Origin: an uncultured Bacilli bacterium
GTDB lineage: Bacteria > Bacillota_I > Bacilli_A > RF39 > UBA660
Assembly: GCA_947629265.1 (NCBI GenBank)
Contig: CANRCZ010000001.1
Location: forward strand, 37,344-101,343
Direction: 5' to 3'
DNA: 64,000 bases
How positions within the stretch are numbered: the first letter of the stretch is position 1; each line of letters begins with the position of its first letter. The notes below the pieces were generated by a model, which did not search any database, was not told where the DNA came from, and saw only the letters and a program-made list of their open reading frames with translations. Below are positions 1 through 11,500 of this stretch, piece after piece. Made by a program: the position numbers and the translations under genes.

Positions 1-82
1 TGAATTAAAAGCCGACATTAAAACGTCAGGTAAAGGACTAGATGAATTCGGTCAAGAAGCATGGCGACTTATACCACAATAA
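1..82 (+). CDS. 3' end of an upstream gene entering the window; product not assignable from about 27 codons
   Basis: Only frame 2 is open from position 2 to the TAA at 80-82. Too short to name. Confidence 0.25.
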   Translation, partial: ELKADIKTSGKGLDEFGQEAWRLIPQ

Positions 83-193
83 TACCGCAAAATGGTAGTA
101 TTGTGTATAGATATAAAAAAATATAAAAGATATAGTATCAAATACTATATTTTTTTTTGATATTTTGATATAATTTATAAGAGGAGCATAGCA

Positions 194-1216
194 ATGAGTA
201 TATATGATTTGACACTTGAAGAACTAGAAAATTATTTTATTGGTATTGGTGATAAAAAATTTAGAGCTGTTCAACTATATGATTGGCTGTATAAAAAAAG
301 AGTTACTAGTTTTGATAATATGCCCAATATCAAAAAAGAAATAATCACTAAACTAAAAGCTGACTTTGTTATAAACGAAATAGAATTAATAAATAGATTA
401 GATGGTAAAGACGTATCAAAATTTCTATTTAAACTAAAAGATAACAACGTCGTCGAAGCTGTTTTAATGCATCATGATTACGGCAATAGCTTATGCGTAT
501 CTAGTCAAGTAGGGTGTAATATGTCATGTACATTCTGTGAAAGTGGTAGAAGAAAAAAAGTTAGAAATCTAGAAACCAATGAAATGGTTTTACAACTGTT
601 AGAAATCGAAAAACAACTAAACATACGAATATCTCATGTTGTCTTAATGGGAATTGGTGAACCATTCGATAACTACGATAACATAATAAACTTTATCGAT
701 ATCATCAATAGTGGTAAAGGTATCGACATTGGAGCTAGACATATAACCGTATCAACCTGTGGAATTATCCCTAAAATAGAAGAATTTATGAAAAGGAAAG
801 TACAAATTAATCTAGCGATAAGCTTACACGCTCCAAACGATGAACTTAGAACTAAATTAATGCCCATCAATAAAGCATATCCTTTAAATAAATTAATTCC
901 TGTCTTAAAAAAATATATCCAAGTTACTAATAGAAGAGTAACTCTAGAATATATATTATTAGATAATATCAACGATACCACTACCAATGCCTTAGAACTT
1001 TGTAATCTAATTAAAGGTATGAATGCCTATGTTAACCTAATACCATATAACGAAACAAGTCATATTGAATATAAAAAAAGTAGCCATGACAAAATAATGA
1101 AATTTTACGATATCCTTAAAAAAAATAAAATAAACGTTACCATCAGAAAAGAATTCGGTAGCGAGGTAATGGCTGCCTGTGGACAATTAAGATCTAAATA
1201 TGAGGAGGAAAGATGA
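194..1216 (+). CDS. rlmN: 23S rRNA/tRNA adenine-C2 methyltransferase RlmN (radical SAM)
   Basis: Contains the radical-SAM CxxxCxxC motif (CNMSCTFC). Typical RlmN length. The stop overlaps the stp start. Confidence 0.85.
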   Translation: MSIYDLTLEELENYFIGIGDKKFRAVQLYDWLYKKRVTSFDNMPNIKKEIITKLKADFVINEIELINRLDGKDVSKFLFKLKDNNVVEAVLMHHDYGNSLCVSSQVGCNMSCTFCESGRRKKVRNLETNEMVLQLLEIEKQLNIRISHVVLMGIGEPFDNYDNIINFIDIINSGKGIDIGARHITVSTCGIIPKIEEFMKRKVQINLAISLHAPNDELRTKLMPINKAYPLNKLIPVLKKYIQVTNRRVTLEYILLDNINDTTTNALELCNLIKGMNAYVNLIPYNETSHIEYKKSSHDKIMKFYDILKKNKINVTIRKEFGSEVMAACGQLRSKYEEER

Positions 1217-1956
1217 TGGAATATTATTATATAACCGATCCTGGAATGGTGAGAGATCATAACGAAGATAGCGTTATCATCGTAAAAAACGATAACGATG
1301 AATATTTACTAGCTGTAGCTGATGGCATGGGTGGGCACTTGTGTGGTGAGGTAGCATCTAGTATCGCTATTCAACACTTAGGTGAAAGATTTAAAAAAAT
1401 CAGTTCCATCGGTAACAAAGAAGACGCTATAAAATGGTTACATGAGGTCGTAAACGAAATCAACGTCCTAATCTTTAAATATACCGATGAACATGAAGAA
1501 AGTAAAGGTATGGGAACAACCTTAGTTCTTGCCGTTTATACCAAAGATTTCCTAATATACGGAAATATCGGTGACTCTTCTGGCTTCGCTATCAAACAAG
1601 GTCACTTACATAAAATAACAACTGACCATACCCTAGTTAACGTTTTAGTTAAATCTGGTGAACTTACCCCAGAAGAAGCTAAAAATCATCCTCAAAAAAA
1701 CGTATTAATGCGTGCTTTAGGTTCAAGCGTAACTGCCGAACTTGATATTTTCGATGTCGAAACCGATGTCGAGGGTGTTCTACTTTGTAGCGATGGTTTA
1801 ACCAATATGTTAGAAAAAGAAAAAATCGAAGACGTCTTAGATGAAGACTTATCACTAGAAGAAAAACTTGAAAAACTTATTTATAAATGTAATAACCGTG
1901 GGGGAAACGATAATATATCAATAGCATGTTTAATGAAAGATGGTGAAAATAAATGA
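1213..1956 (+). CDS. stp: PP2C-family Ser/Thr protein phosphatase
   Basis: Has the ADGMGGH motif and the C-terminal DGLTN motif. It is the classic partner upstream of the PASTA kinase. Confidence 0.85.
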   Translation: MMEYYYITDPGMVRDHNEDSVIIVKNDNDEYLLAVADGMGGHLCGEVASSIAIQHLGERFKKISSIGNKEDAIKWLHEVVNEINVLIFKYTDEHEESKGMGTTLVLAVYTKDFLIYGNIGDSSGFAIKQGHLHKITTDHTLVNVLVKSGELTPEEAKNHPQKNVLMRALGSSVTAELDIFDVETDVEGVLLCSDGLTNMLEKEKIEDVLDEDLSLEEKLEKLIYKCNNRGGNDNISIACLMKDGENK

Positions 1957-3704
1957 TCGATAAAGGACAAAAAATAAATGATCGTTATGAAATTATTAGA
2001 CTTATTGGTGAGGGAGGAATGGCTAACGTCTATCTAGCACAAGATACGATCCTAGACCGTAAAGTAGCCGTTAAAATACTAAGAGGTGACTTAGCTAGCG
2101 ATGAAAAATTTGTCAAAAAATTCCAAAGAGAAGCTATATCAGCTAGTAGCTTATCCCACCCTAATATAGTCGAAATGTACGACGTCGGTGAAGATGGTGG
2201 ATTATACTATATCGTCATGGAATATGTCGAAGGAAAAACCTTAAAAAATTTAATCAAAAAAAGAGGTGGATTAACCCTTTCCGAGGTTGTCGATATCATG
2301 TTACAACTTACGAGCGCTATCGCTTGTGCCCACGACAGCTATATCATCCATAGAGATATCAAACCCCAAAACGTCTTAATTATGGACGATGGTTGCGTTA
2401 AAATAACCGACTTTGGTATAGCGCAAGCTTTAAACAACGTCGAAATAACCCAAACCAATTCAGTCATGGGAACAGTTCACTATCTTCCACCAGAACAAGC
2501 TAGTGGACGTGGCGCTACTAAAAAAAGCGATATCTACTCATTAGGTATCATGATGTATGAACTTTTAATAGGTAAACTACCATTTAGAGGCGAAAACGCT
2601 GTTGAGATAGCTTTAAAACAGATGAAAGAACCAATACCAAGTGTTTGTGAAGAAAAAGAGGGTATACCTCAATCGATCGAAAATATCATTTTAAAAGCTA
2701 CCGCTAAAAACCCTAAAAATAGATACGATAGCGTAAGTGAAATGCACGAAGATTTAAGAACCGCTTTAGATAAAAATCGTAAAGATGAACCTAAAGTAGA
2801 ATTTATCTATTCCGAAACCGATGTCGATAGCGATGAAATAAAAGAAAGTAGGAGTCGATTAAACAAAAATAGCGAAAAAGTCGAAGAAAAGAAAAAAAGT
2901 AAAGCTCCATTTATCGTAGCTGGTATCATTCTATCGATTGCTATCATCGGTGTCATTGTATTCATGCTTTTAAATATCGGTAAAGTACCAGATGTTAAAG
3001 TACCAGATGTTAAAGGTATGAGTATCGAAGAAGCCGAAGAAACATTAGAAGATGAGGGATTTGTTGTCGCTGATAAAGACGTCGAAGAATATTCGGAAGA
3101 TATCTTAGAGGGAAACGTAATTAGTACCGATCCTAAAGCTGGACATAGTGTTAAAAAAGGTACGACTGTAACATTACATGTATCTAAAGGTATGGAGGGT
3201 TTCCTATCAGAAAATTACGTTAACCAAAACTACTTAACCGTAAAAGCTACCTTAGAGGGTAAAGGTATAATCGTAAAAGCTGAAGAAGAAGAACATACTA
3301 AAGATGAAGAATATAAAGAAAATATCATCATCAAACAAGATGTTAAAGAGGGAACAACCTTAAAATCAGGTGATACAATAACATTCACTATTCCAAAATT
3401 TATAACTACTTATCCTGATTTTGTTAATACCGTAGCAACCGTTGAAGAGGTAGAAAAATTCTGTAAAGAAAACAATATCGAACTAGTTAAAAAGGAAAAA
3501 GAATCAACAACCGAAAAAGATGGAACGATCGTATATCAAAGTCAACCAGCTGGCAAAAAAGTTGTATCAGGTGTAACCTTAACCATTACCGTTATTAAAA
3601 AAATTGAAACACCTGAGGTAACAACACCATCTAGTACCGATAGTACAGAAACTAGTACTAGCACTAGTACTCAAACAAGTACTAGTACAACACCAGGTGC
3701 TTAA
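1953..3704 (+). CDS. pknB: Ser/Thr protein kinase with a TM segment and extracellular PASTA repeats (PknB/PrkC type)
   Basis: Kinase motifs HRDIKPQN and DFG. A TM helix near aa 320. Repeated PASTA-like modules and a C-terminal Ser/Thr-rich tail. Confidence 0.88.
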   Translation: MIDKGQKINDRYEIIRLIGEGGMANVYLAQDTILDRKVAVKILRGDLASDEKFVKKFQREAISASSLSHPNIVEMYDVGEDGGLYYIVMEYVEGKTLKNLIKKRGGLTLSEVVDIMLQLTSAIACAHDSYIIHRDIKPQNVLIMDDGCVKITDFGIAQALNNVEITQTNSVMGTVHYLPPEQASGRGATKKSDIYSLGIMMYELLIGKLPFRGENAVEIALKQMKEPIPSVCEEKEGIPQSIENIILKATAKNPKNRYDSVSEMHEDLRTALDKNRKDEPKVEFIYSETDVDSDEIKESRSRLNKNSEKVEEKKKSKAPFIVAGIILSIAIIGVIVFMLLNIGKVPDVKVPDVKGMSIEEAEETLEDEGFVVADKDVEEYSEDILEGNVISTDPKAGHSVKKGTTVTLHVSKGMEGFLSENYVNQNYLTVKATLEGKGIIVKAEEEEHTKDEEYKENIIIKQDVKEGTTLKSGDTITFTIPKFITTYPDFVNTVATVEEVEKFCKENNIELVKKEKESTTEKDGTIVYQSQPAGKKVVSGVTLTITVIKKIETPEVTTPSSTDSTETSTSTSTQTSTSTTPGA

Positions 3705-4528
3705 TGCAAGGAAGAATTGTCAAATTAATAAGTGATGACTTTACCGTTTTAAGTGGTGATAAATTATATACTTGTAAATGTCGAGGCGTCTTTAGAAATA
3801 AAGCCATTAAACCCCTAGTTGGTGATCTAGTTTTATTCGATAACAATATTATCAATCAAGTATTAGAACGTAAGAACTCTTTAATTAGACCACCAATTAG
3901 CAATATCGATAATGCTTACATTATAACAAGTGTCAAACACCCTAACTTTTCAACTAACTTATTAGATAAAATGCTTAATATCATAACTTATAACAATATC
4001 GAAGCTATCATCTGTTTAACTAAATTAGACCTATTAAATAAAGATGAATTTGAAGAAATCAAAAAATATCAAGATTACTATCAAAAAATAGGTTATAAAG
4101 TTTATACCAATAGCGATATCGAACCATTAAAAGCTACCTTTAAAAATAAAATAAGTGTTTTCACAGGTCAAACAGGAGCGGGTAAATCAACCTTATTAAA
4201 TAAATTAGATCATAACTTAAACTTAAAAACTAATGATATATCCTATGCCTTAGGTCGTGGTAAACATACGACAAGGCATGTAGAATTAATACCAATTCAT
4301 CAAGGATTTGTCGCTGATACACCAGGTTTTTCGGATATTAGTTTTATTGATATGACTAAAGAAGATATAAGAGATAACTTTATCGAATTTGAAAAATATA
4401 AAGATAAATGTAAATACCGTGATTGTATGCACGATAAAGAAGACGATTGTGAAATTAAAAGACAAGTAGATAATGGTAACATATTAAAAAGTAGATACGA
4501 TAATTATATTAATTTTATTAGGAAGTGA
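3704..4528 (+). CDS. rsgA: ribosome small-subunit-dependent GTPase A
   Basis: Walker A GQTGAGKST. C-terminal zinc-finger cysteines (CKYRDCMH...DDC). Sits in the conserved stp-pknB-rsgA-rpe order. Confidence 0.85.
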   Translation: MQGRIVKLISDDFTVLSGDKLYTCKCRGVFRNKAIKPLVGDLVLFDNNIINQVLERKNSLIRPPISNIDNAYIITSVKHPNFSTNLLDKMLNIITYNNIEAIICLTKLDLLNKDEFEEIKKYQDYYQKIGYKVYTNSDIEPLKATFKNKISVFTGQTGAGKSTLLNKLDHNLNLKTNDISYALGRGKHTTRHVELIPIHQGFVADTPGFSDISFIDMTKEDIRDNFIEFEKYKDKCKYRDCMHDKEDDCEIKRQVDNGNILKSRYDNYINFIRK

Positions 4529-4532
4529 CTAA

Positions 4533-5147
4533 ATGATTTCAGTATCAATATTAAATGTAAATGATAATCAAAATGTTTTAAAATTTAATAATACAACTAT
4601 AAAATATATTCATCTAGATGTAATGGATGGTTACTTTGTAAGTAATAAAACATTACCTATCGATGAAGATTTAAAGAGATTAAAAGGTTTAAATAAAAAA
4701 ATCGATGTTCATTTAATGGTTAATGATATAAAACAATATGTAGATCGATATAAATACCTAAATCCCGAATATATTACTTTTCATTTAGAAGCTACTAAAG
4801 ATGTAAATGATATAATATCTTATATAAAAAATTTAGGTATAAAAGTAGGTATTTCCATTAAACCAAATACACCAGTTGAAAGTTTAATACCATATTTAAA
4901 CGATATTGATTTAGTATTAGTGATGAGTGTTGAACCAGGTCAAGGTGGTCAAAAATTTATGACTAGTACCATCGATAGAGTTTTAAAATTAAAAAAATTA
5001 AGAGAAGATAATCATTTTAATTATGTCATCGAGGTTGATGGTGGTATTAATAATGAAACGATCAAATTAGTTGATGCTGATATCTTTGTTGTTGGAAGCT
5101 ATATTACTAAAAGTGATGATTATCAAGCAAGAATAGATGAACTCTAA
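4533..5147 (+). CDS. rpe: ribulose-phosphate 3-epimerase
   Basis: HLDVMDG and VEPGQGGQKF motifs. Confidence 0.85.
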   Translation: MISVSILNVNDNQNVLKFNNTTIKYIHLDVMDGYFVSNKTLPIDEDLKRLKGLNKKIDVHLMVNDIKQYVDRYKYLNPEYITFHLEATKDVNDIISYIKNLGIKVGISIKPNTPVESLIPYLNDIDLVLVMSVEPGQGGQKFMTSTIDRVLKLKKLREDNHFNYVIEVDGGINNETIKLVDADIFVVGSYITKSDDYQARIDEL

Positions 5148-5177
5148 TTTAGAGTTCTTTATTATATAGGAGGGAAC

Positions 5178-6281
5178 ATGATTGTAAAAATAGAAAAACT
5201 AGATCATCAAGGACGTGGTATCGCTTATTTAGATAAACCTATTTTTATTGATAATGCTTTAATAGATGAAATGGTTGATATTGATATAATTAATGAATAT
5301 AAAAAGTACATGATAGGTAAGGTTAATAATTATGTTAAAGTTAGTGATAAAAGAGTAAAACCTATATGTAAGTACTTTGGTATATGTGGTGGTTGTAAAC
5401 TAATGCATATGAGTTATGATGATCAATTAGTTTATAAAAAAAATAAGGTTAGGGAAATTATGAATAAGTTTTTTAGTAGTAATGTTAAGATAAATGATAC
5501 TATATCTAGTACTAATCTTTTTTATAGAAACAAAGCTACTTTTAAGGTTAATCAAGTTATAGGTTATTTTAAGTCTAAAAGTAATGATATCGTTAAAATT
5601 GATAAGTGTATGATCGTTGATGATAGAATTAATGAGGTATTAAATGATCTACAAAAGATGAATATTGATACTGATGAGGTTATGGTAAGGTGTGGTAATG
5701 ATATAATGAATACTTATAATGATAATAAGGATATTTTAATTGATATCGATGATTATCATTTTAATGTATCACCTAATTCTTTTTTTCAAGTTAATAGTTT
5801 TTTAGTAGGTAAACTATATAATAAGGTAGTAACTTATTTAGATTTGAATAAAGAGGATAGAGTTTTGGATTTATATTGTGGGGTAGGTTCGATAGGTATT
5901 TATCTTAGTAAGTATTGTAAGTATGTTTATGGTGTTGAGATAAATGAAAGTGCTATTTGTAATGCTAATAAAAATAAGGTTATTAATGATATAGATAATA
6001 TTGATTTTAAATGTTTGGATGCTAAGGATATTGATGATTTAAATTATAATGTTAATAAGGTGGTAGTTGATCCACCTAGAAATGGTTTAAATAAAAAAAC
6101 GATCGATTATTTGAATAAAAATAATTTTGATAAGATAGTTTATGTTTCATGTGATCCTGTTACTTTAGCACGTGATTTAAAACTACTTGCAGATAAATAT
6201 AGTGTGTTAGAGATAACTCCTTTTGATATGTTTCCTCATACTTATCATGTAGAGTGTGTATGTGTTTTAAACTTAAGATAA
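5178..6281 (+). CDS. rlmD: 23S rRNA (uracil-5)-methyltransferase, RlmD/RumA family (TRAM + Fe-S + SAM MTase)
   Basis: N-terminal TRAM-like domain. Fe-S cysteines CKYFGICGGCKLMH. SAM motif DLYCGVGSIG. Conserved C-terminal Cys. Confidence 0.8.
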   Translation: MIVKIEKLDHQGRGIAYLDKPIFIDNALIDEMVDIDIINEYKKYMIGKVNNYVKVSDKRVKPICKYFGICGGCKLMHMSYDDQLVYKKNKVREIMNKFFSSNVKINDTISSTNLFYRNKATFKVNQVIGYFKSKSNDIVKIDKCMIVDDRINEVLNDLQKMNIDTDEVMVRCGNDIMNTYNDNKDILIDIDDYHFNVSPNSFFQVNSFLVGKLYNKVVTYLDLNKEDRVLDLYCGVGSIGIYLSKYCKYVYGVEINESAICNANKNKVINDIDNIDFKCLDAKDIDDLNYNVNKVVVDPPRNGLNKKTIDYLNKNNFDKIVYVSCDPVTLARDLKLLADKYSVLEITPFDMFPHTYHVECVCVLNLR

Positions 6282-6396
6282 GTTTTTATAAAAGTATTCA
6301 CTTTTTAACTGATAAATGATAAAATTTCAGTTAGAAAGTGAATAGTGTAAAATTATGAATTATGATAATTTAAATATAAAATAAAGGAGTATAAAT

Positions 6397-7425
6397 TTGA
6401 AAAATGAAAATAACAAAAACATAATGATAAGAAGTAGTGTATCTGAATTTTTGATTTTTGAACAACAAAAAGGTGAAAAAGGTATAGAAGTAAGATTTGA
6501 AGATGGGGATTTGTGGCTAACTCAAAAAGCAATAGCTGACTTGTTTGATACTAGTAAACAAGATATAAGTTATCATTTGAAAAATATATTTGATACTCTT
6601 GAATTAAAAGAAAATTCAGTTGTCAAAAAATATTTGACAACTGCAAGTGATAACAAAAAATATAATACTAATTATTATAATCTTGATGCAGTTATAGCTA
6701 TTGGCTTTAGAGTAAATTCAGATAGAGCAATTCAGTTTAGAAGATGGAGTATAAATATTCTTAAAGAATTTTCTAAAAAAGGTTATATTATAGATAAAAA
6801 AAGAATGGAAAATGGAACATTTTTTGATGAAGATTACTTTGAAGAATTACTTGCAGAAGTTAGAGAAATAAGACTATCAGAAAGAAGATTTTATCAAAAA
6901 GTAACCGATATATATGCAACAAGCATTGACTATGACCCTAATTCCCCTATTACAATAAATTTTTTTAAAAAAGTACAAAATAAAATGCACTATGCTGTTT
7001 CAAAACAAACTGCTGCTGAAATAATTTATAATAGAGCTGATAATAATAAAGAACATATGGGGTTAACTTCGTGGAAACACTTTCCTGATGGAAAGATTTT
7101 AGAAACAGATGTAGTAGTTGCAAAAAACTATTTAAGTAAAGAAGAATTAGAAGATTTAGAAAGAATAGTAAGTGCCTTTTTAGATTTAGCAGAAAATAGA
7201 GCAAGAAGATATATCCCAATGACTATGGAAGACTGGGCAAATAGAATAGATAAATTTTTATTAGCGGATGATAGAGATATATTAAAAGATGCAGGCAAAA
7301 TATCACATGAGATAGCTTGTGATAAAGCATTAACAGAATTTGAAAAGTATAGAATAAAACAAGATAAACTTTATAAATCTGATTTTGATAAGTTATTATT
7401 AGAAACAGAAGATAAAAATGTATAA
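6397..7425 (+). CDS. rhuM: RhuM-family virulence/DNA-damage-inducible protein (COG3943-like)
   Basis: N-terminus IEVRFEDGDLWLTQKAIADLF matches the RhuM/DinD signature. Likely TTG start with a GGAG RBS. Confidence 0.6.
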   Translation: MKNENNKNIMIRSSVSEFLIFEQQKGEKGIEVRFEDGDLWLTQKAIADLFDTSKQDISYHLKNIFDTLELKENSVVKKYLTTASDNKKYNTNYYNLDAVIAIGFRVNSDRAIQFRRWSINILKEFSKKGYIIDKKRMENGTFFDEDYFEELLAEVREIRLSERRFYQKVTDIYATSIDYDPNSPITINFFKKVQNKMHYAVSKQTAAEIIYNRADNNKEHMGLTSWKHFPDGKILETDVVVAKNYLSKEELEDLERIVSAFLDLAENRARRYIPMTMEDWANRIDKFLLADDRDILKDAGKISHEIACDKALTEFEKYRIKQDKLYKSDFDKLLLETEDKNV

Positions 7426-7487
7426 AAAAATAATCATCCGTTCATAATACTTTTAGTACTTGCTTAAGTACATGAAAGGATGATAAT

Positions 7488-7868
7488 ATGAGTTTAATAC
7501 CAAGTAGATTTTATTTAGATGATATGTTTGATGATTTTAATACTAAATGTAATAGTATGAAATGTGATATATATGAAGAAAATGGTGATTATCACATTGT
7601 AATGGACGTACCAGGATTTAATAAAGATGATATCAAAATAGAGTCTGATAATGGTTATTTAACGATAACAGCTTCAAAAGAAAATGATAGTACCGAAGAA
7701 AAAAATTATATAAGACGTGAAAGAAACTATGGTAAATATGAAAGAACCTTTTATTTAGGTGAGGTTGAATTAGATAATATAAAAGCTGAATTTAAAGATG
7801 GTATTTTAAGAGTTATTGTTCCTAAAAAAGAGGTTGAATCATCTAAAAAAATAATAGAAATCGATTAA
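7488..7868 (+). CDS. Hsp20/alpha-crystallin small heat-shock protein
   Basis: Alpha-crystallin domain (VPGFNKDDIKIE...GILRVIVPK) in a 126-aa protein. Confidence 0.85.
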   Translation: MSLIPSRFYLDDMFDDFNTKCNSMKCDIYEENGDYHIVMDVPGFNKDDIKIESDNGYLTITASKENDSTEEKNYIRRERNYGKYERTFYLGEVELDNIKAEFKDGILRVIVPKKEVESSKKIIEID

Positions 7869-7909
7869 AAAAGACAAATTATGAGTTGATACTTGAATTT
7901 GTCTTTTTT
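7867..7909. terminator. bidirectional rho-independent terminator between hsp20 and the XRE regulator
   Basis: aaaaaagacaaatt...aatttgtctttttt perfect hairpin with U-tracts on both strands. Confidence 0.7.
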
Positions 7910-8397
7910 ACTTTGTTTAATAATACATCCATTGAGACGTTATATATACAAGATATTCCATATAATATACTGATTGGTAAGGTCCTATTACCTAATTCAT
8001 AGTTGTTTAATGTTTGAGGTGTAACATTCAATTGTTTCGCTAAAATACGTAATGTATCATTGTGACTTAATCTTAATTCTCTTATATTGTTTAATAATTT
8101 ATGATAATTCATTTTTCTAGATTTTTCATATCTCTTTTGTTTGGTTTTTCCAAACAAAAAGTCGACACTTACATTTAAGTTAGTAGCTACCTTATCTAAC
8201 ACCTCAACAGGCATACTCCTAGTACCGTTTTCATATAGATTATATGTTTTGTAATTAATATTAAGTATTTTTGCAAATTCATATTGCTTGATATCTAAAT
8301 CTTCTCTAGTATTTTTGATTTTTATGTATAATTCATTCATATTTGTCACCAACTTAATTTTATACTGTAAAGACCAAAAGATAAAATTAGTCTTCAA
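7879..8397 (-). CDS. tandem-HTH XRE-family transcriptional regulator, divergent from the pilin-like gene
   Basis: Two HTH_XRE-like units (QYEFAKILNINYKTYNLYENG and LRILAKQLNVTPQTLNNYELG). Confidence 0.7.
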   Translation of the reverse strand: MKTNFIFWSLQYKIKLVTNMNELYIKIKNTREDLDIKQYEFAKILNINYKTYNLYENGTRSMPVEVLDKVATNLNVSVDFLFGKTKQKRYEKSRKMNYHKLLNNIRELRLSHNDTLRILAKQLNVTPQTLNNYELGNRTLPISILYGISCIYNVSMDVLLNKVKKTNSSINS

Positions 8398-8435
8398 AGT
8401 GCATAAAATATGCTAACATTTTATATTATACATAC

Positions 8436-8464
8436 TTGTAATTTAAAAATACTAGTGATATAAT
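8436..8464 (+). promoter_or_regulatory. sigma-70-type promoter for the pilin-like gene
   Basis: TTGTAA, a 17-nt spacer, then TATAAT, about 85 nt upstream of the ATG at 8551. Confidence 0.5.
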
Positions 8465-8550
8465 ACATTTATAATATCAACATAGAGAAGATAAATTATC
8501 TGAATATCAATCAAAATATGGTTAATAATAAAGTAGTAAAGGAGAATTAT

Positions 8551-11500
8551 ATGAAGAAGAAAGGTTTTACTTTAATTGAATTGTTAGCAGTAATCGTAAT
8601 ATTAGCAATCATAGCAATGATAGCAGTGCCAATAGTATTAAACTTAATTGAAAAATCTAGAAGAAATGCCTTTAAAGATAGTGTCTATGGCATTATGGAA
8701 GCAGCCGATCTATTTGTAGTATCAGAAAATTATAATACAAACGATGAAATAGAATTTGTCTGCAATGGAACATCTTGCTCTTTAGATGATGGTAGACAAC
8801 TATCATTTAAAGGAGATGTTCCTATAAGTGGAAGCATTCAAATAAAAGATAAAAATACTTTAGCATATTTTATAAAAAGTAATGAATATTGTGCTTTAGG
8901 TACAAAGGAAAGTTTAGATGTAAATAAAGATTGTACAGAACTAGATTATACGGGAGCTGACTTAGAATTAAAGTTAGTAAAAGCAACAACAAATAGTATA
9001 ATAGTATCATATAAAGCTACAGATGTTGAATCAGGAATATCTAGTGTAGAGGTTAAATTAAACAGTGATGTAAAAAAATTTACATATGATGATAAACCAT
9101 CTATTGTAACTAATGGTGGTACTGGAATATTATTTGATAAACTAGAAAACAATAAAGATTATACAGTAACTTTAACTGTAACAAATGGAAATAAAATAAC
9201 TAAAACTCAAGATTTAAAAGTATCAACTAAAGAAATGAAGAATCCTGATTTAATATCTGTAAACGATCCAACAGATGCTCAAGATGGATATTTTAAAACT
9301 CAAACTATACAAATAGATTTTGATACAGAAACTAAACCAGATTCAGCAAGATACTTTGTTAAAACTACTAAACAAGGTACAAGTAATATAGAGGTTACAA
9401 AGAAATGTGATACTAATGCTGATACAGATACACCAAATATCAATAGTTGTGAAACTATAGATAGTATAACTACTTTAGAAGAAAATGTATGGTATGAAAT
9501 ATCAGGTAACTTAGATGTAAAATACGATAGTACAGATAAAAATAAAGATAAAAATTTATATGCAATGACATATGATGGTACTAACTTTAGTGGAGTAGCA
9601 ACATATAATTTATCTATGATAGATGGAACTAAGCCAACATTAAAATTGGGTGAAATAATATCTAAAACAGATAAATTATCAATAGGATATACCGCAACTG
9701 ATGATGAGTCAGGAATAAAAACAAGAACATGTAATTATGGAACAGAAAGTGGAAAATATACTGAAACAGGTGTGGCATCTGAAACAAATTGTAGTATTAC
9801 AAAATTAAAACCATCAACAACATATTACTATAAAATATGTGTACAAGATAAAGTAGGAAATGAAGAGGTATGTCATGAGGGAAATACAATGACAAATGCC
9901 TTTGTAAATCCAGATCTACAGTCAACTATAAGTCCAGAAAAAGATGTTGATGGCTTTGTAAAAACACAAAGTATAACAGCAAAATTTAATAGTGAAAATA
10001 TGGATGAACCAAATCACTATATAAAATCAACAAGAGAGGGAACAGCAAGCGATAATGTAAAAGAAAGCTGTGGAGATGGTGAAAATCCAAGTAGTTGTTC
10101 AAGCATATCAGAAACAAAAACATTAAGTGCAAATACGTGGTATAAAGTAAATGGAGATACAATTACAGTAACATATGATAAAGCTAGTACAGAAACTAAA
10201 GATACTTTAACAGCCATAACATATGATGGAACTAATTATAGTGGAGTAGCAACATATACATTATCAAAGATAGATGCAACTAAACCATCATTTACAATGG
10301 ATAAATCAAAAATTACATCAACAACAAATAGTATAAAAATACCATATACAGCATCGGATACTGAAACAGGTGTAAAAGTAAGTTGTAAATATGGAACAAC
10401 TGATGGAAATTATGAAAATAGTGGAACATCAGTTGATAATACATGTACAATGTCAGGATTAACAGCAGGTACTAACTATTATTATCAAGTATGTGTTAGT
10501 GATGGTGTAGGAAACGAGGTACCATGTCAAACAGGAAATACATCAACAAATTCAATAACAGCACCAAGTATAACATTAACAACAAATACAACTGGAACTT
10601 TAACAGGTTACGCATTAAAACAAGTAGCAGCAGTAACATTTACAAATACTAATATAACCACCCCAACACATTATATAAAAACAACGAAAGCTGGAACAAG
10701 TAGTTCAAGTGTAACAGAAAGTTGTGGAAATGGAGATAAACCTGGAACATGTACAGGTATAACAAGTACAACAGCATTAGGAGCAAATACATGGTATAAA
10801 GTAAGTGGAAATACAGTATCAGTAACATATGACACACCAAGTACAGCTACTGGAACATTATCAGCCATAACCTATGATGGAACAAACTATAGTACAGTAG
10901 CAAATCAAGATATAAGTAAAATAGAACAACCAGCAACAGGAATAACATTAAATCAAACAAGTGCTACAATAAAAGTAGATGGAACAGTAACATTAACAGC
11001 AACGATACAACCAGCAAATGCAACAAATAAGAATGTAACATGGACAGCAGATAGTTCAGGTGTAGCATCAGTATCAAATGGAAAAGTAACAGGTCTAAAA
11101 GTAGGAACAGCTACGATAACAGCAAAGACAGCAAATAATCATAGTGTAACAGCAAGTATAAAAGTAGAAGCCAAAGGTGAATTATTATATGATAAAGTAT
11201 CTGTTGGAGATTACGTGGCTTATGATGCAGGTGTTTGGAATGAAACTGTAGAAAAAACGACATATAACTCATTTGGCGGATATACAAAAGGCAAAAGTAA
11301 AAATGAAACTGTAATATGTGACAATGATTCTATTTCAATGTATAAAGGTTGGAGAGTGTTGAAAAAAGATGCAGCAACTAAAAAAGTTACTATAATCCAT
11401 GCGGCAACACCTGAATGTTACTATCATGATTGGACAGATGACAGTGTAACTAACTTAAATACACGTGCAAATGAACAATATAAAAACTCATATGCCGATT

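Noticed and set aside
673-987. Antisense or internal small ORFs listed in the six-frame track (for example 673-987-, 4300-4482-, 6965-7219-, 8946-9152-, 10017-10217-, 12485-12727-, 25395-25703-, 26442-26867-, 38906-39304-, 45831-46118-, 52629-52814-)
   Set aside because: They sit fully inside well-supported genes on the other strand or frame. They have biased Leu/Ile/Phe composition typical of AT-rich antisense frames and no RBS.
3590-3704. Ser/Thr-rich low-complexity DNA (TSTSTQTSTSTT) and the similar tract at 30120-30320
   Set aside because: These are in-frame linker or tail regions of PknB and the SpoIID-like protein, not independent repeats or mobile sequence.
6294-6347. Long inverted repeat (17-bp stem) after rlmD
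   Set aside because: Most simply the rlmD transcription terminator or an attenuator for the downstream rhuM-like gene. No further evidence points to a mobile element end.
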